A stretch of DNA of 62,822 nt, filler included, from Phoronis australis (taxonomy: Eukaryota > Animalia > Phoronida): the NCBI GenBank assembly GCA_002633005.1. It is 6 parts of 6 records of this genome, joined end to end, with 100 filler letters (N's around TTAATTAATTAA, not from the genome) between each part and the next. Parts side by side here need not be neighbours in the genome. Positions count along the whole stretch, not along the records: positions 50,006 to 52,613 come from NMRA01003561.1; positions 52,714 to 59,645 come from NMRA01002091.1; positions 59,746 to 62,822 come from NMRA01003241.1; 3 more parts are not named here. One strand, given 5' to 3'. Shown here in pieces: positions 49,906 to 62,822 of the stretch (within the stretch, counting starts at the first letter, position 1; every line of letters begins with the position of its first letter). Both the position numbers and the translations under genes were made by a program. The notes beneath the pieces are model-generated. The model worked only from the letters and a program-made list of their open reading frames with translations, made no database searches and had not been told where the DNA came from.

Positions 49906-50176
49906 NNNNNNNNNNNNNNNNNNNNNNNNNNNNNNNNNNNNNNNNNNNNTTAATTAATTAANNNNNNNNNNNNNNNNNNNNNNNNNNNNNNNNNNNNNNN
50001 NNNNNGATTTTTTAGCTATTATCAATTTATGTTATGGAGGTGAAGTATATCTGACCTTATGTATCCTTCCTTGTACAATGTTTGCCCTAATTTTAAACCC
50101 TTTTGGTGATGAGTCAGTTATTCTGTATCATTTTTATCCATTACTTGCTCAGCAACACATTTTGTTTTTCTTCCAG

Positions 50177-50266
50177 ACAAGGTGAATTTTGTCAACCGAC
50201 CACCCGTCTGTGTGCTACCCCTGGGTACAGGTAACGACCTGGCTAGGTGTCTCCATTGGGGTGGAG
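50177..50266 (+). CDS. Type I diacylglycerol kinase, catalytic-domain exon
   Basis: ttccAG| ... |GTaggt; [30 protein letters not shown] contains the DGK motif [10 protein letters not shown]. Confidence 0.92.
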
Positions 50267-51300
50267 GTAGGTCTTCAATTTACGCACTTTCAGCGATTTT
50301 CATTGTCAAAAGCATCAACTTTAGAATCCATTTATTTCCTGCTATAACTTTGGTCTCTGCTTGAATCTTGCTCAGATAAATAGTGATGTCTCTGACCTTG
50401 GAAAAAACTGACAAATGACTGTTGCCAAAGACTAGACTGAATAAGCCAAAATTGATTGTTTTTGTCATGTGATGTGCCAGACACAAAATGGCTGCCATTC
50501 AAATGCATAAGAGAGTGGTTTGTGCCCTCTAGAAGGTGAAGTATACTGTTTCCACACTCTACTTCATGCCTAACCATGAGTCACAGTTTTAAAGCTTGTA
50601 CTTGTTAAATGCTGAGTTTAACGCGTTAAAGTTTACGCCATTTTGTTTTCCGATTTCGTCAGCATCGTGTTTGTTATGTATTATGAGCTTGAGAACCTGT
50701 CTTAATTTTTACTTGGTATTATCACCATCCTGCTTCGTCTGGGTTGATGACAGCAGAGCCCTTGATTCCTCGACTTTGGGGCCAATATTCGGTGCCTTTC
50801 CCTTCTGAAAAATATTTATGAATCATGGGAAATTTCCCTCATCATGCCCAAAATTCCCCTCGGCTGCAGAAGATTTTATTCACCCTAAAATTCTCACTTC
50901 TTAGTCATGCCTTTCCAGTGTTTATAGCCTCGATGTGGAGAAGTGGGTATGGATTAGTTTATTATAAATGTAGGGGTGACCACATAATAATATTGAGCAA
51001 AGAAGTCATTTATGGGAGTCCTGAGTTCACAACCAGACACCCCCACTACTGGTCCAATTCTGAAGAAACTTGAAATCATAGGATGGTCGCTTTAAGCAGG
51101 GTGCTAGGCTAGCTTATTGAAAACCCCGACATGTTAGTTTTGGGCACTTGATACTGTGCCAGGGGGTGGACTTGGTGACAAAGATGGGGGGTTCTTCTCT
51201 CCAGAAAAAAGTCCCTTTTCCATCGGGTGATCAAAGTCCCTGCACTGTGGATGCGTGTCCACATTTCTGGTGAATTTTACTTTCGTCCTATCCAATCCAG

Positions 51301-51467
51301 GTTACGAGGGTGAAAGCCTACCGAAAATCCTGATGAAGATCTCGCACAGTCTGCCCGTCATGATGGACCGTTGGCAGATTGAGTTTAGCACGCCTGACGA
51401 CGACAGCGTTGAGAAGGGTGACCCAGTTCCATGCAACTATATCAACAACTACTTCTCAATTGGAGTG
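51301..51467 (+). CDS. Type I diacylglycerol kinase exon
   Basis: atccAG| ... |GTacga; [11 protein letters not shown]...MDRWQI...[17 protein letters not shown]. Confidence 0.92.
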
Positions 51468-51671
51468 GTACGACTTAGTTACTCTTATTTTTTCTCTTAA
51501 ACTCGTTGCGTATGTCTGTATGGAAAACTCGTATTCTGGAGTGTGTTCTGTAAAGTTTGAAATACGACAGACACTAGCAGCCATAAATCTTGGCTTATGC
51601 AACAGATTACCAATCGGGTGTTACATTTGTTGCAGATAATATGTTTTATCGGTAGGAAATTGTATACTTGA

Positions 51672-51800
<129 letters not shown>

Positions 51801-52318
51801 TGAGTGCTACCAATGTACGCTGGTTGGCCCTGTAATTGTCAATGTTTTTTCAAAAATGTCATCAATATTGCCTCGTAATATATAGTGGATATGCCGCAAG
51901 TGGTTGGTTTTTCTGAGAACGCTTAAAGCCAATCTATATATTAGATAACAATTCTCTTGCTTAATAATCAAAAACCACTAATCAGCTGAAGAAAATCTGG
52001 TTTGTAGTAGCATAATGTCATTGTTATTCAGTGTTGCACCTGAGGTAGATAGGTTTTTGTTGTCGATCTCGTAGCAAGTTCATATTAGGTTGTGTACATT
52101 GACTGCCAACTGGACGACAAGTCTGTTAGCTAAATGTGTGGTATTTTAATTTTTTTAGAAACTGGTATATTTTTTTATCCAGTGAAGACGTGCAAGCTGA
52201 AGTCATGCAATTATTAAAATTTATCTATATCTTCCAAAAAATGTAGAATCCCTGAAGCAGTTGAGTGTCTTTGCTCGGTTAATAGTGATTCACTGTTCTT
52301 TTGTTTGATTGTTCATAG

Positions 52319-52409
52319 GATGAAAAATAAGTTATGGTATTTTGAATTTGGCACCTCTGAAACTGTGGCTGCAACCTGCAAAAATTTACACGAAGATTTA
52401 GACATAATG
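52319..52409 (+). CDS. Type I diacylglycerol kinase exon
   Basis: tcatAG| ... |GTaggg; [30 protein letters not shown]; phases join in frame with the previous exons. Confidence 0.92.
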
Positions 52410-55400
52410 GTAGGGATGAGCGGAGAATGGATCCAACAGCATGCCTATCTTCTGCTTTTATTATCTCCCCTGTTTTTCTTCGATGCATTGTCTGATTGCT
52501 GTTGTTGCGTCTGCTGAAGACATGCCAACTTCGCGTTGATGTGTTCAATGTTTACAAGCTATCAGTTGAAGTTGAACATTCATACATGTCATCTCGTACT
52601 GATTTCTCGTAATNNNNNNNNNNNNNNNNNNNNNNNNNNNNNNNNNNNNNNNNNNNNTTAATTAATTAANNNNNNNNNNNNNNNNNNNNNNNNNNNNNNN
52701 NNNNNNNNNNNNNGTATGGCTAGACATAGACATACCACATTTTCCATATAAGGGATCTCAAGCAACTTCCAGCAACTGACTGTGAGCATTTATCATAAGA
52801 GAGAGGCAGATTATAAATTCTGTGGTAACCTCAGAGTTTTTCTTTTGCACGTATTTCAAAAATCGTGAACCATCAACGAGAATACTGTAAGCTGAGGGCG
52901 AATTCTAATTTAAAAAACAAATAATTAAAATGCATTTTTATTACAACGATGATTTCACATTTTGTATTTTGACAGTCACATTTACTTAGTAGTTTTGAAC
53001 TAGTATTCTACTTACTGCATAAAAACAGTTTTCCTGATAACCAATAGGTGTCAAAACAAAATGGTCATCAGTCTCATTCCATCTATATTGCTTACCAACT
53101 TCGAAGGGCAGTGAGGACTTTAGGAGTTGTTTTATAACTTTAATCAAATATATTGAAAAGTTAAAATCCTAGAGTACATTCCCAGCATGGACCTACCTGT
53201 GATGATTTCGTTTAAAAGGTCAATTGGTGCATTTAGATTAAAATACATTGAATCCGTAACAAAAGACCAATATAACTTAAATACTGCAAATGTTTGAATT
53301 ATTTTGAATTGATATCTAAGTCACAACAAACAATATAATACTAGAAATTCAGAGCGTACGTTCATTACGTACGTCCGTTCATCACGTACGTCCGTCACAC
53401 TCACTCAGCTTACATAGAGCAGTCTGACAAACAATTCTTAGAAGATATCGTCAAAAAAATTAACGTGTTGTACTTTGCAAACATTCCATTACGTTATCAT
53501 ATAAAACAAAAAATTGTAACTAAATGCAACCTACAGAAAATTGATGTTAAATTTTTTTTTTCAAAAATTCAAATTCTCTGCATACGTCCGTCACATCCCT
53601 TTAAAGGCAATTTCCTCAGACAGGTAAAAAGATAGGAGAAAGTTTGATACATGCTTTGAGAGCTATCAATGAGACCTAACAATTGATGTATTGATTGTTT
53701 TCCTAGGATGAATATTTTTTCACAATTGATCAAAAGGTTCTCTGATTGTACATCCGTCACAAACGGAATTGCCCAAAAAATTATTTTTTCACGGAAATTG
53801 CCGTATTTTCCACAAATTCATTTTTCCCCTCAAAACTTGCAATTATGCCTTTTTGTTTTGTTAGCTACAAAACAGTGACTGGGATTTTCTTTTAAAATCT
53901 TTGACTTTTTCCTTTTTTCAAAAATGTTGACTTGATTTTTTGACAAGCTAAGAAGCCTTAAAAGGAAATCCCAGACACGTTTCGTACCTAATAGAACAAA
54001 GAAACAGAATTTGCAAGTTTCGAGCGAAAAAGTTTAGCCTAATGGAAAATAGGGCCATCTCCGTGAAAAAATGAAATGTTTCAGAGAAAATGCAGTCACA
54101 TGACCACAAATGTCTAAAAATTGTTTTCATGCACACAATAAGATTCTTTCCTACAGCAACTGTTCCAAATTCCATACACACCTTCAGTGAAGTTTTAGTT
54201 TTTGTGAAGACAGATTTGGCCAAGATCACCAACGTCACCTTGGTTGCAGTAACCTTTACTCCCATTCCTAAGGCCGTGACGTTGGCTGACCAACCCGGCA
54301 GCGCCCCATGAGGTGACTTCTATAATTCATTTCCCAAAATGGAGTCTGGCGATGGATAACCTGATATAACAGAGGTTCACGGATTTGCGCTAATTATCGT
54401 GTCTTAATTGTCTTCAACGTCATGTTATTTGGAAATCATCACAAAATATTGATGATTTATTTGGTGTTTTTCACAATTTCTTTAAAAGTGGAAAGAATGG
54501 TCACCGGAACAAAATTATGTTTTTGGGTTAATCAGTGAGCTCTGACAACGGTTGCACCCATTGTATGTTCTCGAGGAGTTGAGAAAGATTAGGACAGACC
54601 AGGTCCATAGCCAAGTAACAATTTTTGAATTTAGTGCTTAGCAATTCATAGCCATATTTAAACCTGGACTAATTATTAGTATTGTCTTTAATTTTGGAAT
54701 TTTAATTTAATTTGACTGGGTCCAAAATGTCAAAATAACGCCATACTTAACAAGTGAATAGCTGTTTAAGCTACCACTGCCATTGCCTTGCCTAAATCAT
54801 AAAACAAATTCATAGCACAGATCCATTCTCTTGATTTCTTCAAATCTAATCCTGCATAAAAGAATGATAATAGCTGGGGGCAAGACCACAGTGTTATTGC
54901 TATCCGTTTATTTGGTCAGGTTTTAAGGTTTAACAGATATGCCTTGAAGAAAAATTATGCATACCAAATGTCAGTTGATGGTTGTTTTAACAAGAATGTC
55001 ACCAGGTGAAAAATAACTAATATACAAACTGATTTGTTATGGTAGTCTGATAGCATCAGTTTGCAGCCATGATAAACTACTATTTCGTCAAGAGGATACC
55101 AAAACGTATCTTTCAAATATACATATGATCTGAAGGTAACTGACTTCTACAAGAATTGTATGGAGAACCAGTCAAGCAATAAGACGAGATTATGCAGCTG
55201 TTTTCTAGTACCTCAGTGCTTTTTTATCTGAGCCATAATGCGACTGAACCGATTTAAAGTTCTGTAGGCAAATTTAAAGGGGCAACAGGACTTCACCCCC
55301 ACCATTCCCCAGGCTATCGACACAACGAAAAATACCACGATTACGTTTTTAAGGCTTATGCAGACATTTACCCTAAAAAATTTGGGATTTGGACCCCTAA

Positions 55401-55497
55401 CAACACTGANGATGTCCAGGTATATGCTAATATTTGATAACATGTAATGGATTAAATATAACCAAAGGAACCTGGCAATGCATCCAAGGACAGAAAA

Positions 55498-56051
55498 CTA
55501 AGAAGCACCCAGGGTTCTTAAATGAGCATCTTTCTGCCCGTAGGGATATGCTTAATCATCATGTAGTTTTGACTAATCAACGCAAGCTATTAGTTCTTAA
55601 ACAATCATCATTCTATTCTTATTCAATATGAACCTTTGCTTAATCAATATGTAGTTTTATTTACTAGTAATTAATGCACTGAATTAGTTATTCACTATGT
55701 CCAATCAAAGACAAGTTTGCATTCAGTACATAATGGCTCCATCATTTACATGGTCACTTGATAAGAATCTGCAACATTCTTCAAGCAGCTTAATGCACCC
55801 ACGTTGAAAGTCTTCCGCCATTTTGAGATTTGAGAGCACGGGCGTAAGTGGACTAGATCCAACTGACTAAAAGTACGCCTTGATTAAGTAAAACCACCCG
55901 CTGTTTAAGCAAAAGTGCCCACTGAATAACAGCAGAACGATGATCGTTAACGAACTAAAAGTGCGTGTTGATTAAGAAAAACTACGCATTGATTAAGCAT
56001 ATTTCAACACGCAGAAATGTACTTGTTTAAGAACCCTTTGGCGCTTCATAG
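55498..56051. mobile_element. MITE with ~90-bp imperfect TIRs
   Basis: Left CTAAGAAGCACCCAGGGTTCTTAAA...ATATGCTTAATCA; right end in reverse complement CTATGAAGCGCCAAAGGGTTCTTAAA...ATATGCTTAATCA; AAAA on both flanks. Confidence 0.7.
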
Positions 56052-56519
56052 AAAACTGTGATTGCAAAAGGATGGTGATACCATCAGTGAAGCACTCTGA
56101 TTCTTGACTGACACAAAAGTACCCGGTACCTCTTTTTGTCCTTACGTTTTGCTAGCTTTATGGTAAGAAAGATGAAATACCTCTAATTAAATGACACCAT
56201 ACCAATCAGGTCCATTGTTACGTGGTCCCCGAGTCTTTTGTCCGGCATCACCACTAGCATGCCAATTAGCTACTAAAACCCAATGGAAATGCATATGAAT
56301 ACATTAAGGTGATCATATCGTGATTGAAAACACTTGTTTGTTAACAAACTGAATTCAACGTCACTCTTTGGCTCATCTCTTCATGGAAAATGATCCTAGC
56401 CTAGCTTTTCAAACAAAAAATCCATTTCAGAAGCTAAATAATTAAAAAATCTTCCTCTTAAGTCCACGACAAAGGCGGTGGAACATTCTAATATGCCATG
56501 TACACTGAAAGATTTCCTA

Positions 56520-56671
56520 CAAACTGTACCTTGTGAACGCTAAACTATCAGTAACGTCACTATGACTACCATTCGAGCACAGAGAGACATCTAAGCAAAC
56601 TGTACCTTGTGCACGCTAAACCATCAGTAACATCACTATAACTACCATTCGAGCACAGAGGGACATCTAAG
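56520..56671. repeat. Tandem duplication of a ~76-bp unit
   Basis: CAAACTGTACCTTGTG...CCATTCGAGCACAGAG.GACATCTAAG twice. Confidence 0.9.
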
Positions 56672-59600
56672 GAGGCTGTCGATGGCTTTAAATCACTCCA
56701 ACTCAAACAAATATTTTCGCCACTTCATTTGTGAATTAGACATTTCTGTTATGAATGCATCACTGTGCATGTCTGTAGCATGTAATTTTTTAATCAAATC
56801 CCTGCAGACCTCTAGGACCTCAAGTGACTGGTAATCTCAAAACTTGGCCACTAGGATTGCTGCTGTCTTACCTAGGCAAAATGCCATTTTCCAACAAATG
56901 AAGAAACATATCTCAAAGAAATCTTAATTACAGAAATATCTGTTTGAGTTACGAAAATTTAAAGAAATTGACGGCCTCCAAAGGTGTCCCTTTGTACCGC
57001 TTAAAAGGTACTAAAACAGTGATGTGATGTGTTTCAGTGATATGACTTTTATGTTTCAGCCAATGTGAGGCATAATTTGCCAAAAAGCTCCCAATATTTC
57101 TTAAGGCTCTGTGGGATGGCCACTGTCGCTAAGCAGCACTCAGAGACGGTAGAAATCTCTATCCACAACATTACAATTTATGTCAGCAGTGAAGTCATCG
57201 CTAATGCAGTAATTGAGCTGGTCTATACAAAGGACTAACTTAGATCAGTGTTCATGATACCAAGAGTTGATGATGCTCATAGTTCTTGTACAGTAGTTTT
57301 CAACAATGTTGAAATTCACCTGGCTTCAATTTGTGGCAAAAACCTAGAAAGAATTCAGACCACTAAATCATTTGTGACAATTAGCTTAAAATTTTTGCTT
57401 TGGAATTTCGGCGATTTTCAACATGAAAAAATATTGTGAATCTTTTAAAAATACAGTGGAAATTTTGACGAAGTACAAGGTGCGTTGAAACGAGCCAAAT
57501 TTATAATGTTTACAAATCAGAGTGGATTTCTCATCTAGTGTGAGGTTAGTTTACTGAGTTTCCATCAGTGAGAGTGGAAGTCAAATTATCAACCATCATA
57601 CATTAAATAATGAGGCAACTACCCATCTCTTAACTGGTGCACTGTCATTTCAGATCAACTTTAATTCATTCAGTACAGAAAATACAAATTTCACACCAAA
57701 GTAGCTTATGCACATCGCTTTTGCAATACTGATGTTCACCAGAATCGACTAACTAAATCATGAGAGACCAATGAATTAGTTTTTGTACTTCTTATCACTT
57801 CAGGTTTCACTCAAAAGCACTCCAAAACCGACATTGATTGAAAACACGTGCTTTCCTTTGATTCAGCCTGTCTTGAGGTAATGAGCCAATCTAATTAAAT
57901 GCATGTTTGAACAGTAATTTTTATTCCCGAAGGATACCATAGTCTTGTTTGCAATACAGGTTTTGAACACCTACTTACAATTGCTTTACTATATCATATC
58001 ACATCCAGTCAACTGCTTCAAGGAGTATGTCGTTAAACTAATCTTGTTAAAGCTACAAATTTTTACTCCAATAGTGAACTGGATGGTGGTGATGGGGTAC
58101 ATAAAAAGTCTGACATGAACTGAAGGAGATTGTGATTACCGTGGTAATCATTTGAGTTAATGGCAAAGAATAAGGACAATATCAGGCCAATACATGGTGA
58201 TGCACGAACCTATGACTGGCAAATTACAATGACTGAGAAAAGTGAGAGCCTGTCAGTTGACGTGGGTTTCTCTTGTACCACCGTACTTTCTCACTTATTT
58301 AGCGATCGTAGTGTTACAGATTAGGTAATTATGCTGAATGCAGGGTTACGTTTCTTCTTGTAAATTGTTGATAAAAATGCTTTCTACACTAACCAGGTCA
58401 TCTGCTTGTATTGTTGACGAGATGAAGATATATTCAACAGTGGTGGCTCATCGCATGTTGATGTCATGTGCAATTAGTCCCATCAGCTTTAATTTGTAGA
58501 TCAAGAATATTAACATTAAGCATAGCTTAGGTCCTAGTGAGGTAGGGACTACCAGGACTAAGAGTTGATTTGTTATTGATCTGAAAGAAAAACTGGCATT
58601 ATTAAATATATATTTTTATTAAAATAAAAACCAGGCTAGTAATTGAAAACAAAAAATTATTTGACCATTTTTTAAATTTTTAAAAAAACGAGCATGATAG
58701 CCCCAGAAATCGCTTTCGCATTATATCCCAAGTTCTCATTCACTCTCTTGCACACATTCACAAGTAATTATTTGACCTTAAACTTTACTTTCTTGGTTTT
58801 AATAATACTGACGTCTATATCTTGTGTTAGATTTCAAATACCAATCTAAACAAGGTTGAATTTTAAAATTAAAACACCTAATTCGTTCGTCCAAAGAATA
58901 ACCTCGTTTTAGAGCTCAATATCGGTTAACTGGACAGAGCAAGCATAGTTATCATGTTTCTTCAGGGGCCTTGTTCATCCGAGGGGAAAGTTGACTGTGC
59001 TTTCCGAGAGGGGAATTTTTTCGCAGAGCGGAGTGAGGGAAAAATCTACCTCCCGATCATCATCAATAGCACCCCCACCCTGTTGCAAGCTCTCATAGGC
59101 TTTTTCTCAAGTAGCATTTTGTGCTCTTTCAAATTTTTTCACTTGTGTTGTTACATGTGATTTGAACTTCGGAGAGAACCTTTCAATCACTAGGGGAATT
59201 TTTAAGCCTCGTGGAGGGGCCTGGCTGGCCGAAGATTCTCCGGTCGTTGCTATGATGCTCGGAAACCGAGATGTGACAAAATATGATCTATGCCTTTTCG
59301 AAAACATTTATAAATTTTACACAGACATATTTTCCTTCATCGCAGCATATGGCAACCACCCAACTTTTAATCTCAACGTCCTTTGGGATTGTAAAACAGA
59401 CAGTTGAGTGTCCGTATTTTTTCTAGCTGTTCGAGCAACGCGGAATACAACCAGTATGACGATAAGCCAACAGAGCTATCGTAGCGAGCCTCGTTTTAAA
59501 ACGCGCCTCCTGTCGGCGTAAATTAGGTCTATACCTCAGCCAGATCAGGGCTCGACGCTATTAAAATCGCCACGTCGGATTTTGCGACCTACCCAGAATC

Positions 59601-60399
59601 CCAGGTCGCATTTCCAAAATCCAGCTCGCATTCATAAATGCCTGGNNNNNNNNNNNNNNNNNNNNNNNNNNNNNNNNNNNNNNNNNNNNTTAATTAATTA
59701 ANNNNNNNNNNNNNNNNNNNNNNNNNNNNNNNNNNNNNNNNNNNNGGGTCCGGAGAGATACCAATCTTGAGCTTGTTCTAGTGACATGGTGAATCAGCGG
59801 AAATTGGAGCCATCAGAGTTATATAACTCAGGAAAAAGTGGGTATTCTGTCCACTAGTCGCATATATGTGTATCTCGCCGTATTTTTCCTTTTTTCTGTT
59901 TTATCTGACATGTATTTAAAGGTCATACGAGTCTTGGATTATCATCATTACTCTTTCATTACACTGCTTGTGTGTAACACGCAGGTCACACAGCTATACT
60001 ACTTACTCGAAGTAGCTGTCATCGTGTTAGTTGCGATGAGTTGTGTCTGTAGTGTGCTGCAGCCTTGTCCAAAAACGTAATAATACGAATTTCGATACTC
60101 ATAATGCAGCATAACATTTATCACAATACATCCCAGGTTCGCTCAAGTTCACTGAACTTTCATTAAATTACGCCTTCCGGCTTCAGTTATGCATGGCATT
60201 GTTTTTAAAGAACCTAACCGGGAACTTAAAGTTAATTTCAAGTTGTTAGCTTGGGGGTCTAATTATGTCCAGCTTTTCTAGTTGTGTCAACCTTGTATTA
60301 AACCATAAGTCCCGCAGCTACACTGATAAGTAATTAACGTGAACGAGGGTTTTCAAGTTTTTGCCCTTAGATTCTATTTATTCAAAAATTACCACGTTT

Positions 60400-60760
60400 G
60401 CCTATCGCATTAAGTCACGTATTAATCCATTATTGGAAGATTTCCCGGTCACAGGCCTCGTGACATAAACATTCAATATACATGAAATGCTTAGATGTTT
60501 TGCCAAAAACACGTATCCAGCCACCTTATTTTTTACGTTCTCATCATTCTTATCGTCTGTATATAACACATCAAGGTAATCACCCGAAAAATCTGTCAAA
60601 CATTTCTCTCTAAAGTTTTCATAAAAGAACAGTTTAAGAAAAAAATGACGTTCTGTCTCTGCTTTCCCAGTCAAGCATAGCTCGCAATACATTTGTTCTC
60701 TTGGAACATGACTTTCACGCCCGCCTTTTCAGTGTTTTGACTGTAGGCTGATATATTGTT
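60400..60760 (-). mobile_element. Short LINE 3' remnant
   Basis: GRESHVPREQMYCELC..GKAETERHFFL resembles the C-terminal Cys-His motif of the LINE at ~12.8 kb. Confidence 0.55.
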
Positions 60761-61958
60761 AGAACAATTCTGTACTTTTTTATTTTTTTCTGTCAGATAG
60801 CCTTCAAAACATCATCATCAGTATATATAGTGACTCCTTTTTATCATTTCTATAAAACACAAATTCATCATGATCACTGTGATTATCGAAAAAATCCTGT
60901 CAGACGGCATGAGAATTACTCGGCGCATTCGGGAACCTCGTCAGAAGCTCATTTGTCTAAAATCATCTGGATTCTCTATACATGTACGTCATGAAACTCC
61001 AGTTTTCCCAAACAAAATGTTAAACCTTTAAAAGCCAACAATCCAATCCATTTTCTGCCAATTTTTTATTGTTGACTGTACGTATCTGCTACTGAGTGTA
61101 TACCTCTTGCTAGCTGTCACTGACTACCGTTACTGATCATTAAGCCATTATTTTAAATTTTATTCGTTCCATTCTTTGAAATCGTTGGTTTCCAATTTTT
61201 CTCATACATCAACTGATGTGGTGCTCTCCTAGACCAAATCGAAAAATTTTGTTTTGTACCATTTCAATATTGTTGTTTACTCAAATCCACCTCCAGACTA
61301 TGGCTTCACTGGCACATAATGAAATTGGCAGAATCGGGATATCTTTGTCCGGTTTCGGCGTCAACACTTTGAGCCAGGTCCAGGTTTCCGAAACTGTACA
61401 GACCAATTCATTGCTTTCAAAGCTTATAGCGAGCAAGTTTTTTTCGCCGAATAGCGAACCATAAGCGACTACCGAGAGTCAAGAAGACAGTCTCTGGAAA
61501 CGATTTCACGACCACTTGAGTCATGTTTTGCCACTGCCTGAACTCAAAACGCCACCTTTCCGAAACACCTTGACCATGGTACGTTTATAACTACGTTTAT
61601 TTGCGTGTCAGTACAATATCCTAACTTGTTATTAAAAGTTACTAACCTATCGGGTATGCGCAAATAAACCAGGGACTCAAAAGTCAAATCAGTGAAAACT
61701 GACCTGGATGGACTAAGGCAAGATCAAGTTATGTCATTGCCCCTGAACATCAGTTGGAACGCGGTTTCACGGCTTTTAGTGACGTGGTCGGCAGAGGCAG
61801 ACCACTTTCCCTTGGCAGGAAGCATACATTATCATGGGAACCACGAAGAGGGGCAGATAAATGTCCCGGTGAAGTAATCTTGAGCTACTGAGCTATTTAT
61901 GCAATAGTGACTTAGTTGTATGCTAGTTATTAGGTTCGCTGATGGGGGTTTTCAAGTC

Positions 61959-62025
61959 CTCGCTGGTTTCCTGCGTGCCGCTAGGTGGGGCGGTAGCTGG
62001 GCTAAGCACGCAGGGAACCAGCGAG
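61959..62025. mobile_element. 67-bp hairpin mini-element with 9-bp TSD
   Basis: CTCGCTGGTTTCCTGCGTGC / GCACGCAGGGAACCAGCGAG inverted arms; TTTCAAGTC directly on both sides (61950-61958, 62026-62034). Confidence 0.8.
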
Positions 62026-62822
62026 TTTCAAGTCTTGTTTGGGACATGCCAAATTTGTCTGTTGCGATGTAACAACATGACGTGAAGTCATCATGTTTAT
62101 TCCTAAAGCTACAGAATTAATCAACTGGTATAGCTTTAATTAGTTTTTGCCCAAAATAACAGAATCATTATGATACAGGGGCTTTGGATTAGTTGACCTG
62201 CGATGTATGGCAATTACTTCCCCTGTGCTATGTTTTGACAACTAGGCTGTGTACCACAGACGCAAAATGCAGGCGACAGGAGTTACTACGATCACGTGGT
62301 TATTTGGCAATGCATGGTAATATCTCGCAAACATTTGCGTGAGTTAAACAATTTGACAATTTCTGGCGCCTGAGCATCCTTGATAATTAGGCGGAAGTTT
62401 TGAAGTGTCTCATGGAAGCTTCCTCGTCTTAGTTGACTTCATCGTTCTGTTCACGAGGACCTCAGACTGACAGACGTCGCTCATCATATGGTCGTAGATG
62501 AGAAGTGAAAGGTAAGCATTTGGCCGCTAGCATGTTTTGATAATGATTTAATCGTTTTTATTCATCTGTGTGAATGTGTAGTAACGTGGAGATTGTGGTC
62601 ACTTGAACTTGAAGAAGAAAACTTACAAATCATAAGAAAGATTAGAAAGTTAACATAAGACGCTACAGGCACAGGAAGCTCAGAAAGGTGAAGTACGAAT
62701 GTTGTTGATTAGAATTACATTCTCGTCCTCCCTAAAAGGCGTGGGACCCACCCGTCATTCGCCAAATACGAAAAACATCCCAAAAATTTAACAAGATCCC
62801 TCTACCCAAAAAACCCATAATG

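Overview
Repeat-rich eukaryotic DNA, most likely from a marine invertebrate deuterostome (echinoderm- or hemichordate-like; inferred from gene and transposon content, not proven). The window is stitched from several contigs: five N-gaps carry an artificial TTAATTAATTAA spacer, and there is one ~860-nt N-gap. Host genes: (1) an intronless-looking GT32/DXD-family glycosyltransferase ORF on the minus strand with a degenerate DXD motif; (2) spliced exons of a Tie/TEK-like receptor ectodomain (one Ig exon, four intact EGF exons, one decayed EGF exon); (3) four exons of a type I diacylglycerol kinase (DGKB/G-like). The rest is mostly mobile DNA: a Penelope-like GIY-YIG end, two Helentron/HINE-type rolling-circle families, two Ty3/Gypsy remnants, several LINE fragments, and nested MITEs. 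Most notable signals: two minimal hammerhead-ribozyme motifs (one behind a tRNA-like head), a five-unit head-to-tail Helentron-like array rich in CCAAT + AGGTCAaAGGTCA motifs, and a second Helentron-like element carrying about nine co-oriented CTCF-consensus sites at ~150-bp spacing. All family assignments come from motif recognition by eye; no searches were run.
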